DNA of 64,000 bases from positions 1,248,001 to 1,312,000 of the forward strand of contig CAVWCF010000001.1 in NCBI GenBank assembly GCA_963753435.1. Reading direction: 5' to 3'. A model generated the notes under the pieces. That model had not been told where the DNA came from and did no database searches. It worked only from the letters and a program-made list of their open reading frames with translations. Shown piece after piece: positions 8,173 through 17,238 of the stretch; position 1 is the stretch's first letter, and each line of letters begins with the position of its first letter. The position numbers were made by a program, and so were the translations under genes. The DNA is from an uncultured Actinomycetota bacterium (GTDB lineage Bacteria; Actinomycetota; Actinomycetes; CAVWCF01).

Positions 8173-9813
8173 TCAGCCGGTAGGCGCCTGAACCATCTCG
8201 GCCGTTCGCTCGAACACCTCACGCCGCAGTGCTTCCCCCTGCGCAAGTTGGCTGGGCCGGGTGGGGCGGCGGTCCTTCCAGTACCAACCGGTGACACCGG
8301 CCACCTCGGGTGATGCGGCCAGGTAGATGGCCGTCTGCGCGGCTTCGGTTGGGGTGCGCAGGAGCGGCCGCGTCACGGCCACGAACCAGGCGAAGGGGCC
8401 GGTGACCTCCGCGTAGATGTTCGTCGGGACCAGAGCGCCGGGGGCCACGATGTTCACGGTCACTGCGGCGTCCGCCCACCGCTGGGCCAGTTCCAGCGCC
8501 GCTGCGGTCACGAGCAGTTTGGACTGGTTGTACGCCGCGAATCCGGCGTTGAGATCCACCTGCTTTTCCGGCCATCCCGACGGGCCGTTGAGGTCCTCGA
8601 AGTCCGGGCTGCTGGCCTGGCGATGTGCATCGGAGGACACGAAGAGGACGCGGGCAGACGAGTCCCGCAGGCGTTCGGCGAGCAACGCCGTCAGCAAGAA
8701 GCCGCCCAGATGGTTGGTCGCCAGCGTGCTCTCGTAACCGTGGGGTGTCTCTTCGTAGCGGGCACGGAACACGCCGGCGTTGTTGATGAGTACGTCGATG
8801 CGGGGGCAGGTTGCCTGCAGTTGCTCAGCTGCCGTGCGCACCTGTTCGGGCAACGACAGGTCACACACCAACAACTGGCCGCCGGTCTCCTCAGCGACCG
8901 ACTGACCGTTCACCGCGTCCCGGTCCACGATCACCACCTGCGCCCCGAGGCCGGCCAGGGCCCGAGCCGTTTCGGCCCCGATGCCGTTGGCGCCGCCAGT
9001 GATAACGATCGTTCGGCCGGTCAGGTCGCCGAGCGGAGCGGGTTCGCCCAGCGCCGGTCCGTCCGGATCGACCGGGTGCGGCCACCGGAAGGTGGGGAAC
9101 GGCATCGCCATCGTCGACAGCAGCAGGGCCAGCGCCTGCAGTGCCACGTACAGGCCCAGGTTCTCGTAAGCGGTCACCCAGATCCCCGCGACGACCAGGT
9201 TCGGAGTGTGCGCGAGCAGGACCTTGCGGCTGTTCCACTCGGCGATGTTGTGCTCCGGGGATACGTGGATGTCCCAGTACAGGGCATGCCACAGCCCGAC
9301 GAACGCGCTCAGCACGATCACCAACGTCGCCAGCGTCAGCGCATCAGCCAGGCCACCGGTTCCCAGCCAAGCCTCATACCCGCGCTTGGCCACCAGCCAA
9401 ACGGATCCGAACAGCAACCCCTCGCTGACACCCCAGGCCAGGCCGAAGACCAACGTGTCCGGCCAGACGATCCGTCGACCGTGCGGGCGCGTGCCGGCGG
9501 GCCAGATGAAGCCATACCCGACCAGGACAACGGCCAGGGCGGCCAAGCCCGTGACCCACCACAGCCAGTTGCTGGTCTGGCCGGGCAGAACCAATGGATT
9601 CGCGGCGATGGTCGACACAGTGCCGCTGGCGAACGCGATCGCCCAGGCAGCAGCGAAGTAGGTGCAGGCACGCAACCACGCGGCCCTGGTGTCGTAGCGC
9701 CACACTTCCCGGTCGCGCAGGTAGCGGCGCAGCAGCACGGCAAAGGCGAGCGCGATCAGGGCGGCGATGCCGGCAGCGGGCCAGTTGGCCGCTGCGATGG
9801 TGAAGTCGCTCAT
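8173..9813 (-). CDS. Fusion of an N-terminal multi-TM domain and a C-terminal classical SDR (retinol dehydrogenase/POR-like subfamily)
   Basis: About 240 aa hydrophobic N-terminus, then TGGANGIG, NNAG, TNHLG.FLLT, VSS.AH and YNQSK (YxxxK). Confidence 0.85.
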   Translation of the reverse strand: MSDFTIAAANWPAAGIAALIALAFAVLLRRYLRDREVWRYDTRAAWLRACTYFAAAWAIAFASGTVSTIAANPLVLPGQTSNWLWWVTGLAALAVVLVGYGFIWPAGTRPHGRRIVWPDTLVFGLAWGVSEGLLFGSVWLVAKRGYEAWLGTGGLADALTLATLVIVLSAFVGLWHALYWDIHVSPEHNIAEWNSRKVLLAHTPNLVVAGIWVTAYENLGLYVALQALALLLSTMAMPFPTFRWPHPVDPDGPALGEPAPLGDLTGRTIVITGGANGIGAETARALAGLGAQVVIVDRDAVNGQSVAEETGGQLLVCDLSLPEQVRTAAEQLQATCPRIDVLINNAGVFRARYEETPHGYESTLATNHLGGFLLTALLAERLRDSSARVLFVSSDAHRQASSPDFEDLNGPSGWPEKQVDLNAGFAAYNQSKLLVTAAALELAQRWADAAVTVNIVAPGALVPTNIYAEVTGPFAWFVAVTRPLLRTPTEAAQTAIYLAASPEVAGVTGWYWKDRRPTRPSQLAQGEALRREVFERTAEMVQAPTG

Positions 9814-11505
9814 CCGGTCGGCTCACCATCTTGGGCGCGGAATGCGGAGACCACAGTCGGCAGCGTAGGGAAGATCATGTCGGGGCCGACCTCGTCGAGA
9901 AAACCCGCGCGTTGTAGATCTGCGCGCAGTTCGGTGGTGGCCCGAGCCAGGCCGAACCGAATACCTCGTTCGCCCAAGGTCGAGCGCAAAGTCCGCAGGG
10001 CGGTAATCGCGGTGGAGTCCATCTCCGGCATGGCCTCAGCATTCAGGACGAACCACCGCACCGGCTCGATTTCGAGGTCGATGGCTGTCAGCGCCCGGCG
10101 GAGGAAGTTCTCGGAGTTAGCGAAGAACAGCGGCGCGTCATAGCGGTAGATGACCAGTCCCGGGACTGTCTGCACACCGCGGTAGTCCTCCACGTCATGC
10201 ATTCCGGCCAGCCCCGGCACGAAGCCGAGGACCGCGTCGTGCGGTCGGGCGATTCGTCGCAGCATCGCCAGCAATGACAGCCCGACCGCTACGAGCACTC
10301 CCGGAAGCACGCCGACGGCCAGCACGCCGACCAACGCGGTCAGCGCCAACCAGAACTCGACGCGGCTGTACGCAGCCAACGCGCGGAATGCGGTCCACGT
10401 CGATCAGTCGCAGTGCCGCGTAGATGACCAAGGCGCCCAGCGCGGCCTGTGGGAACTCCGCCAGCAGCCCCCGGCCCAGCAGCAGGATCAGTAGCACGGC
10501 AACAGCAGCCACGATGGAGTGCAGTTGGGTCCGACTGCCGGCGGCATCCCCGATCGCGGTTCGGCTGCCACTGCTGGAGACCGGGAAGCCGGAGAACGCT
10601 CCCGCACCGATGTTGGCCGATCCGAGCGCAAGCAACTCAGTGTTGGCGTCGAGACGTTCACCGCGGCGGGCGGCAAACGCGCGCGCGGTAAGCACGTTGT
10701 CGGTGTATCCGACTATCAAGACGCCCACGGCGGCCGGGAGCAGGTCGAACAGGTCCGCTGCCCCCACCCCAGGCCACCCGGGTACCGGCAACCCCGCGTC
10801 GATCGGGCCAACGACCGCAAGGCCACGGTCGGCCAGACCCAACACCGCAGACAAGGCGGTGGCGAACAGAACGGCCACGAGCGGAGTCGGCAACCAGGGG
10901 CTGGACTCTCGGGCCAGCAGCAGGAACGCCAGCACCCCAGCGGCCACCACGGCAGTGAGCGGGTCCACCTGACCCAGGTTCGCCGCGAACGATCGCAACT
11001 GCTCGAGGGTGCTGTCGCCGGTCACCGCAACGCCGGAGACCCGACTCAGCTGACTGACGATCATCAGCACCGCGACCCCGGCGAGGTAGCCGACCAGCAC
11101 CGGCCGGCTCAGCAGGTCGGCGATGAATCCGAGGCGCAGCAACCAGGCCACCAGGCAAAGGGCTCCGGTAACGATGGCCAGAGCCGCCGCCAGCACCGCG
11201 TATCGACCCGGATCACCGCCGGCCAGTGGGCCGATCGCACCAGCGGTCAGGAGCGCGGTCGTCGATTCCGGACCCACTGACAGCTGTCGGGAAGTCCCCA
11301 GGAATGCGTAGATGACCAGCGAGGGCAGGATCGCCCAGAGGCCGGTCACTGGTGGCAGACCGGCGATCGCCGCATATGCCATCACCTGCGGCACCAGGTA
11401 CGCGGTGACGGTCAAGCCGGCGGCCACATCCGACCGCAGCCAGTCGCGCTGATAGTGCCGAAGCACGAACCAGCCCGCCACCGGAACGGTGGCGGGCTGG
11501 TTCAT
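9810..11505 (-). pseudogene. SulP (SLC26) anion permease with STAS domain, split by a +1 frameshift near 10395 (pseudogene or sequencing error)
   Basis: DVAAGLTV..LVPQ.MAYA, GTSRQLSVGP and SGSRTA in one frame, and YRYDAPLFFAN (STAS) in another. Removing one G from GTGGACC restores ..IDVTAFRALAAYSRVEF.. Confidence 0.85.
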
Positions 11506-11509
11506 CGAA

Positions 11510-12112
11510 CTACTGCAGCCAGCTGGGAACTGTCCGCTCCCACCAGCGGCCCAACCCTAGGTAACGGCCGGCGTAGGCGACCATCAGGAACAACAAGAAG
11601 ACCGCGTAGATGATGTGGTCATCAATGAGCGGGTTGTTCGACGTCTGCTCGACCCCTTCGACCGTGAACTTCTGCCACGGCGCGATCGCGAGGTACATGA
11701 GGAAGAGCAACACCGATGCCCCGATGGCTGCGATTCGCATCGCGATGCCCAGGCACAGGAACACCCCGGCGCCCAGCAGGGCGAGCATGAAGCCCCAGTT
11801 GGCCCAGTTGTTCGGGTCCTGAGACGCCAAGTCCTGGAAGACGCTGGCGAACGGGCCCTCCGGGTTGCTGCCAAATGCCAGGAATCCATACACCGGGCTG
11901 CCATCGCCGGTCCCGAACTGCCATGCGGAATCACTGTTGGTCGCGTAGCCAAGGCCGAAGTTCTTGTCCAGGAACGCCCACAAGAACACAAACCCGAGCA
12001 AGATCCGACTTACCCCGGCAAGGTTCTGCGCTGCCTTGGTGGTGATTCGGTCTTCGCTTGTCTGCTCTAGTGCGGTGTCGATAGCCACGGTTGCCACCTC
12101 CCCAGATTTCAT
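11510..12112 (-). CDS. DoxX family membrane protein (thiosulfate:quinone oxidoreductase large-subunit-like)
   Basis: RILLGFVFLWAFLDK.FGLGYAT, NNPLIDDHIIY and AGRYLGLGRWW. Confidence 0.88.
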   Translation of the reverse strand: MKSGEVATVAIDTALEQTSEDRITTKAAQNLAGVSRILLGFVFLWAFLDKNFGLGYATNSDSAWQFGTGDGSPVYGFLAFGSNPEGPFASVFQDLASQDPNNWANWGFMLALLGAGVFLCLGIAMRIAAIGASVLLFLMYLAIAPWQKFTVEGVEQTSNNPLIDDHIIYAVFLLFLMVAYAGRYLGLGRWWERTVPSWLQ

Positions 12113-12211
12113 ATCCGTAGCAGTGCAAGCCTGACAGGTTTGCTCACCGGATTCCGGGACCTAGGACCGGACTTCATTGGGTATGTCGGCCCGCACTTGG
12201 CTCCGAAGGAC

Positions 12212-12319
12212 TCAGGACGCGACGACAACGAGCGTGCTGAGGAGCACCACGCCCAGCATCGCCACGATCGCGATGACGGCCCACCGCTTCTGCCGGTCGC
12301 GGTCGTTGAAGAACGACAT
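12212..12319 (-). CDS. Small single-TM membrane peptide, 35 aa (MSFFNDRDRQKRWAVIAIVAMLGVVLLSTLVVVAS)
   Basis: Translated by hand; it is below the ORF-track cutoff. Nearly all codons end in G/C. Basic N-terminus followed by one TM helix. Confidence 0.65.
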   Translation of the reverse strand: MSFFNDRDRQKRWAVIAIVAMLGVVLLSTLVVVAS

Positions 12320-12487
12320 GGCCCGACCTTACTGAACCGACCTTGCCAATGGCGCAAACGCGACACAGCGCCAGCAAGTACACGAGAAGTCAGCGTGGAT
12401 GCTTCGGTCAATGCTTGAGTAGCGCCGCCATCGCAGCATCCCAGCCCGGGCCGCTGCCTGAACAAGTCTCGAAGGGCGGTGCTGCGG

Positions 12488-13927
12488 ATGCCAACCCAAC
12501 GGGTCAAGCATCTAACTGAGTCGGAGCGGAGCGCGCGAGGTGCGGAGGCCCGCAGCCGGGTTCCTGCGGACAGCCACCGCCGCTGGGTCCCAGCGGCGGA
12601 CAGGGTGGATCCGGTCAGCATCATCCAGGCGCAGGACGCCACGCGCGATCAGGACTTGGTGCCAGTTCGACACGGGCGCATGTCGCTTTCGCCTTTCGCG
12701 TTCTTCCGCGGCTCGGCCGCGATCATGGCCGCGGACCTGGGCGAGACACCACGAGCCGGCCTCAACGCCCAGCTGTGCGGGGATGCGCACCTGGCCAACT
12801 TCGGGTTGTTCGGGTCACCGGAGCGCCGCCTGCTCTTCGATCTGAACGATTTCGACGAGACCCTGCCCGGCCCAGTCGAGTTCGACCTCAAACGGTTGTG
12901 CGCCAGCCTGGTCGTGGCGTCTCGCCACAATGGCTTCACGGACGCCGACGCGGTCCAGAGCGCCAGGGCCGCCAGTCGTGCCTACCGGCACGCGATGCGG
13001 GACTTCGCCAAGCTCACAAGTTTGGAGGTCTGGTACGCATCGCTGGACATGGAGCGGATCCAGGAGTCCGTCCGCACCTACACCCGCGACGTGGAGTCGA
13101 GAAGCAAAGACCAGGACGTCCGGGATAGGGCCCGGCTGGCACGGCAAAAGGCCAAGGCGTCGGAGCGCAAGGCCCGGGGCCGGACCGGGCTTCAAGCGCA
13201 AGCGAAACTGACTGAGTTGGTGGACGGTGCCCGCCGCATCATCCACGACCCGCCACTGGTGGTGCCGGCTCGGGAGCTTCCACGGCTCTACGGACTCAGC
13301 GCCGACGAACTGAGACTCGCAGTGCAGGAACAATTCCGCGGCTACCGGCGCACGCTTAGCCCGGATCGCCGACTGCTGCTCGAGCGCTATCGATTCGTCG
13401 ATCTGGCTCGCAAGGTCGTGGGCGTAGGCAGCGTCGGCACGAGGGCGTTCATCGTGCTGCTGCAAGGGGCCGCCGATGACGACGTTCTCTTCCTGCAAGT
13501 CAAGGAGGCGCAGACGTCCGTGCTGGAGCCCGTGGTGGGCAAGAGCCAGTACCGCACTTCCGGGGAACGAGTCGTTCAGGGGCAACGGCTCATGCAAGCT
13601 GCCAGCGACATCTTCCTTGGCTGGACGACCGGCAAAGCCGACGGCCGGCACTACTACTGGCGGCAACTGCGGGACATGAAGGGCTCAGCCGACATCGAGA
13701 ACCTGCGGCCAGAAGGGATGCGCTTCTACGGCGAAACCTGCGCTTGGACGCTGGCCCGGGCCCACGCTCGCTCGGGCGATGCCGTGGCCCTGGCCGCCTA
13801 CGCCAAGGGAAAGGGGTTCGACGACGCCCTGGCCGACTTCGCCAATCGGTACGCCGACCAGAACGAACGCGACTTTGCGGCGTTCACGAAGGCAATTGAT
13901 TCTGGACGGCTGGTAGCGCAGGCCTGA
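12488..13927 (+). CDS. DUF2252 domain protein (kinase-like fold)
   Basis: RHGRM..SPFAFFRGSA, CGDAHLANFG, FDLNDFDE, KVVGVGSVG, LQVKEA, RQLRDMK and LARAHARSGD. Confidence 0.92.
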   Translation: MPTQRVKHLTESERSARGAEARSRVPADSHRRWVPAADRVDPVSIIQAQDATRDQDLVPVRHGRMSLSPFAFFRGSAAIMAADLGETPRAGLNAQLCGDAHLANFGLFGSPERRLLFDLNDFDETLPGPVEFDLKRLCASLVVASRHNGFTDADAVQSARAASRAYRHAMRDFAKLTSLEVWYASLDMERIQESVRTYTRDVESRSKDQDVRDRARLARQKAKASERKARGRTGLQAQAKLTELVDGARRIIHDPPLVVPARELPRLYGLSADELRLAVQEQFRGYRRTLSPDRRLLLERYRFVDLARKVVGVGSVGTRAFIVLLQGAADDDVLFLQVKEAQTSVLEPVVGKSQYRTSGERVVQGQRLMQAASDIFLGWTTGKADGRHYYWRQLRDMKGSADIENLRPEGMRFYGETCAWTLARAHARSGDAVALAAYAKGKGFDDALADFANRYADQNERDFAAFTKAIDSGRLVAQA

Positions 13928-13972
13928 CCCACGCGGGACGGCCGAACGGTGGCGTGGAGGCACGGAGGGGCG

Positions 13973-14815
13973 ATGAGTGAACCTGGGCAGATTCGGGGCC
14001 TGTCCGTAGTGGTGACGGGCAACACCCGGGGCTTCGGCCTGGCCGCAACGACGCTGCTGGCGCGCCTCGGGGCGCGAGTGGTTCTGTCGGGACCCGACCG
14101 CGCCGAGAGCGAGCGGGAGGCCGGCAAACTGCGCGACGCGGGCGCTGCTGCAGTCGCAGCCGACGGCGACGTGACCGATCCCGAACAGGTGGCTGCCCTG
14201 GCTGCGACCGCTGTCCACGAATTCGGCGGACTGGACGTGTGGGTCAACAACGCCGCCTTCGATACGCCCGGGATGGCGCGAACGCTGGAGTTCGACCCGT
14301 CAGTCGTGCCCGGGGTCACGGCGGTGAACATCCTCGGTACCTACTACGGCAGTCGCGCAGCCCTGGAGGTGATGGTCCCGCAGGGCCGCGGACTGCTGGT
14401 GAATGTGACCGGCCGCGGCGACGATCTCCGCCCGGCCAGGTACACCTCCGCATATGCGGCGTCCAAGGCCTGGATCCGCTCCTTCACCCGCACCGTTGCC
14501 GCGGAGTATGCGGACTCCGGCGTCCACATCGTGGCTTTCAACCCCGGGATGATGACGACGGGTCGGCTCACGACCGACGCGACCGACTCCGTGCTGGCCG
14601 ACGAGCGGACCATGCGGCTATACGGGTTCATCACACGGGCCATGGCTGACCCACCCGAGGTTGCCGCGAACCGGCTCGCCCGGATGGTGGCCGATGCTCA
14701 GGATGGCGACGTGCCCGGCGAGGTCCGACTGATCACGCCAAGCCGCGTCGTTCGAGGTTTGCTGTCCGAAGGAAGGCGCGCAGCCAGAACCGGCAGCAGG
14801 GTCGTGGAGCGCTAG
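13973..14815 (+). CDS. Classical SDR oxidoreductase, NOL/NYC1 (chlorophyll b reductase)-like subfamily
   Basis: TGNTRGFG, LDVWVNNA, VTGRGDDLRP..TSAYAASK, NPGMMTT..L and ADPPEVAA. GGAGG RBS. The SDR call is solid; the subfamily call is from memory. Confidence 0.8.
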   Translation: MSEPGQIRGLSVVVTGNTRGFGLAATTLLARLGARVVLSGPDRAESEREAGKLRDAGAAAVAADGDVTDPEQVAALAATAVHEFGGLDVWVNNAAFDTPGMARTLEFDPSVVPGVTAVNILGTYYGSRAALEVMVPQGRGLLVNVTGRGDDLRPARYTSAYAASKAWIRSFTRTVAAEYADSGVHIVAFNPGMMTTGRLTTDATDSVLADERTMRLYGFITRAMADPPEVAANRLARMVADAQDGDVPGEVRLITPSRVVRGLLSEGRRAARTGSRVVER

Positions 14816-15798
14816 TCGTTGAGGTCAGCCCGCCACACGTCGTTGTCCTGTGGCCAAGGCGACAGCACCTCGCGGTCGCCGCCGAAGGTCCACAGGGCAC
14901 CTTCGCGGACTTCAAGCAGGAAGTCGCTCTTGCCGGGCAGACCGCCAGGGGTGCCCGCGCCCCATGCCGACTCGCTGACCAGGTTCCAGCCATCCATGCT
15001 GTCTGCGCTCGCGACCGGGTCCCAGGCCCAGACGTCGCTGGCCAGGAACTGTCGCCAGCGCTGCCCCTTCGGTCCGCGGACGTGTCCGCCGATCACGTAG
15101 ACCACACCATCAACGACCGCCGCCTGGTGCCCCGTGCGGGGAGCCCAAGGAGCGTGCCCAAGCAGTTCCCAGGACTCGCCCCGGTCCCGGGAACGCCAGA
15201 CGTCGTTGCGCCGGCCATCCCACGACGGCTGGAACACGGGCCGGTCGTGATCGCCGCCCATGAAGTAGAGCGTCTCGCCGATGCTGACCACCTGCATGCC
15301 GGCACGAGCCATGTCCTCGGGCAACTGGGCCCGCAGGGACCAGGTCTCGCCCAGGTCCGGGCTGACCCACAACTCCGGGTAGAAGATGCGTTTGACGGAG
15401 TTGCGGGCCCCGGCGAACAACAGGAGTTCGTCCCCGAGCATGTGCGTGTGGTGCCCGGCGCGCACGCCCCAGGGAGCATCGGCACAGACCTGCTCCCAGC
15501 TACGGCCCTCGTCCCCGGAACGCCAGACGTCGTTGTAGAAGGTGCGCAGATCCTGACCGGCGATGAGCAGGATCTGCCCGTCTGCGATCTCCACTTCCGG
15601 GTAGCACCGCTTGCCCCAGCCGGGTTTGTCCGACATCAACTCCCAGTGCACACCGTCCGGGCTGCGCCACGTGTCACTGAAGACCTTCGAAGGGCCGGCC
15701 CGTCCGGACAGCAGGTAGAAGTGGCCATCGAGTTGACCCCCGCGCGGCATCGCCCGCTTGCCCCACGCCGACCTTGCCTGCAACCGGGTCCACCGCAT
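14812..15798 (-). CDS. Kelch/BNR (Asp-box) repeat beta-propeller protein without a signal peptide
   Basis: Repeated NDVWRS.D.G.SWE / W.SPD.G.TW and APW..R.GH....YVIGG units. Confidence 0.82.
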   Translation of the reverse strand: MRWTRLQARSAWGKRAMPRGGQLDGHFYLLSGRAGPSKVFSDTWRSPDGVHWELMSDKPGWGKRCYPEVEIADGQILLIAGQDLRTFYNDVWRSGDEGRSWEQVCADAPWGVRAGHHTHMLGDELLLFAGARNSVKRIFYPELWVSPDLGETWSLRAQLPEDMARAGMQVVSIGETLYFMGGDHDRPVFQPSWDGRRNDVWRSRDRGESWELLGHAPWAPRTGHQAAVVDGVVYVIGGHVRGPKGQRWRQFLASDVWAWDPVASADSMDGWNLVSESAWGAGTPGGLPGKSDFLLEVREGALWTFGGDREVLSPWPQDNDVWRADLND

Positions 15799-15843
15799 GA
15801 GGCGCGACTCTAACTAGCGCAAGCACGACCCCGAGCCAAATGC

Positions 15844-16446
15844 TCAAAGGCAGGTGGCGTCACCCCCGGGGAACAGTTGATCCCCGGCGTCGGCATCGTC
15901 AACGACACCCAGAACCAGAGGTGTCGCGGCAGTCACCTCGCCTCCTAAGAAGTCCACAAACTGCGTGGTCGATCCGGCCGCAGCAGCGCTCTCCAGACCA
16001 GTGAACGTGAACTGGCCGTCAGCGCTAGAAGGACCGCCGGGGCCAGCGCCCCAAGCGCCGCCACCTTCCGTCCCGCCCTTGCGGAACTGACCGGACCCCG
16101 GTGTAGCGCTGACGACGACCTGGATGCGGGACCTGGTCGGGGTCTCGAGGCTGTTCACCAGACGCAAAGTGATCCGGGTAACGGTGCCGCCTGACTCCTG
16201 CCCTATCGGTGTGATTGACGCGACCGACACGGCAACCGCATCGGTCGGCGGACACACCTCGCCGGTCGGGCTCGGGCTGCCGGACGCCGCCGAAGTACCG
16301 GCCGGATCATCTGCCGAGGCAGGCGCCGGGGACGACTGCCCTGGTTCGGCAGTTGCGCCCGCCGCACCCGATCCATCAGCAGTACAGGCGGACAGCGCCA
16401 GCAGCACGGACAGAGCCAACCCAGATGCATGAACTCCAGCGATCAT
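15844..16446 (-). CDS. Putative lipoprotein of unknown function
   Basis: Lipobox LSAC after a hydrophobic stretch, Ser/Ala/Pro linker, and a Cys-bounded beta-rich domain. Confidence 0.65.
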   Translation of the reverse strand: MIAGVHASGLALSVLLALSACTADGSGAAGATAEPGQSSPAPASADDPAGTSAASGSPSPTGEVCPPTDAVAVSVASITPIGQESGGTVTRITLRLVNSLETPTRSRIQVVVSATPGSGQFRKGGTEGGGAWGAGPGGPSSADGQFTFTGLESAAAAGSTTQFVDFLGGEVTAATPLVLGVVDDADAGDQLFPGGDATCL

Positions 16447-16518
16447 CGGCTCATCCCTGCCTCGCACCGGAACAGCAAGAGAAGTAGACACCCGCTAGCG
16501 GGCCGGGGGGCGTCAATC

Positions 16519-16546
16519 CCCCATCCGGACTCGTTTCCAGATGGGG
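16519..16546 (-). terminator. Hairpin downstream of tRNA-Thr
   Basis: Minus strand CCCCATCTGGA-AACGAG-TCCGGATGGGG stem-loop about 30 nt past the tRNA 3' end. The U tail is weak. Confidence 0.5.
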
Positions 16547-16574
16547 TCTCCAGGCTGAGCTGCTGGGCGCACGG

Positions 16575-16647
16575 AGCCGCCTATCGGAATCGAACCGATG
16601 ACCTACGCATTACGAGTGCGTCGCTCTACCAACTGAGCTAAGGCGGC
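16575..16647 (-). tRNA. tRNA-Thr(CGT)
   Basis: GCCGCCTTAGCTCAGTTGGTAGAGCG-ACGCA-CTCGTAA-TGCGT-AGGTCATCGGTTCGATTCCGATAGGCGGCT folds as a cloverleaf. CCA is not encoded. Confidence 0.97.
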
Positions 16648-16780
16648 CTGCGCCCGCAGGCGCGGTCGCGAAGCATACCTGCGAACAGGTAGTGCCAATT
16701 CGGTCGATATCCGGCCCGGATCGAACCCGGTGAACCTAGTTCGGCGACGTCGGCCGCAATGGCTCAAGTGGCCGAGCCGA

Positions 16781-17212
16781 CTAGCCCGCGCCTGACTCCC
16801 CGGGCGCAGCCGAACGCAGCATGCAGGTGAGCCGTGCGGTGCAGATCCGTCGATCCTGCTCATCCGTCACGACGATGTCGTAGGAAGCCAGGTTGCTCCC
16901 CTCGGACAGCGGAGTGGCGACCCCGGTGACTACCCCGCTGCGGGCAGCGCGGTGATGGGCGGCCGATACCTCCACGCCAACGGCAACCCGATCCGGACCC
17001 GCGTGCAGGGCTGCTGCCAGGGACCCGAGTGACTCGGCCAAGACAACCGAAGCCCCGCCATGAAGGAGCCCATAGGGCTGGGTGTTCCCGGCGACGGGCA
17101 TACGACCAACGACCCGGCCCGGCTTCGCCTCAACGATCTCAATGCCCATGCGCTCCATGAGCGTTCCATCCGTGGAGATACCCAACCCGGCGAATACCCC
17201 GTCAGCAGCCAT
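16781..17212 (-). CDS. Hotdog-fold (PaaI family) thioesterase
   Basis: NTQPYGLLHGGASVVLAESLGS and VGVEVSAAHHR. Confidence 0.93.
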   Translation of the reverse strand: MAADGVFAGLGISTDGTLMERMGIEIVEAKPGRVVGRMPVAGNTQPYGLLHGGASVVLAESLGSLAAALHAGPDRVAVGVEVSAAHHRAARSGVVTGVATPLSEGSNLASYDIVVTDEQDRRICTARLTCMLRSAAPGESGAG

Positions 17213-17238
17213 GGGCCGAGCCTAAGTGCGGCTCAGAA

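Noticed and set aside
15844-16647. Integrative element at tRNA-Thr (and at tRNA-Pro)
   Set aside because: No integrase or transposase, and I could not find a duplicated tRNA 3' end by eye.
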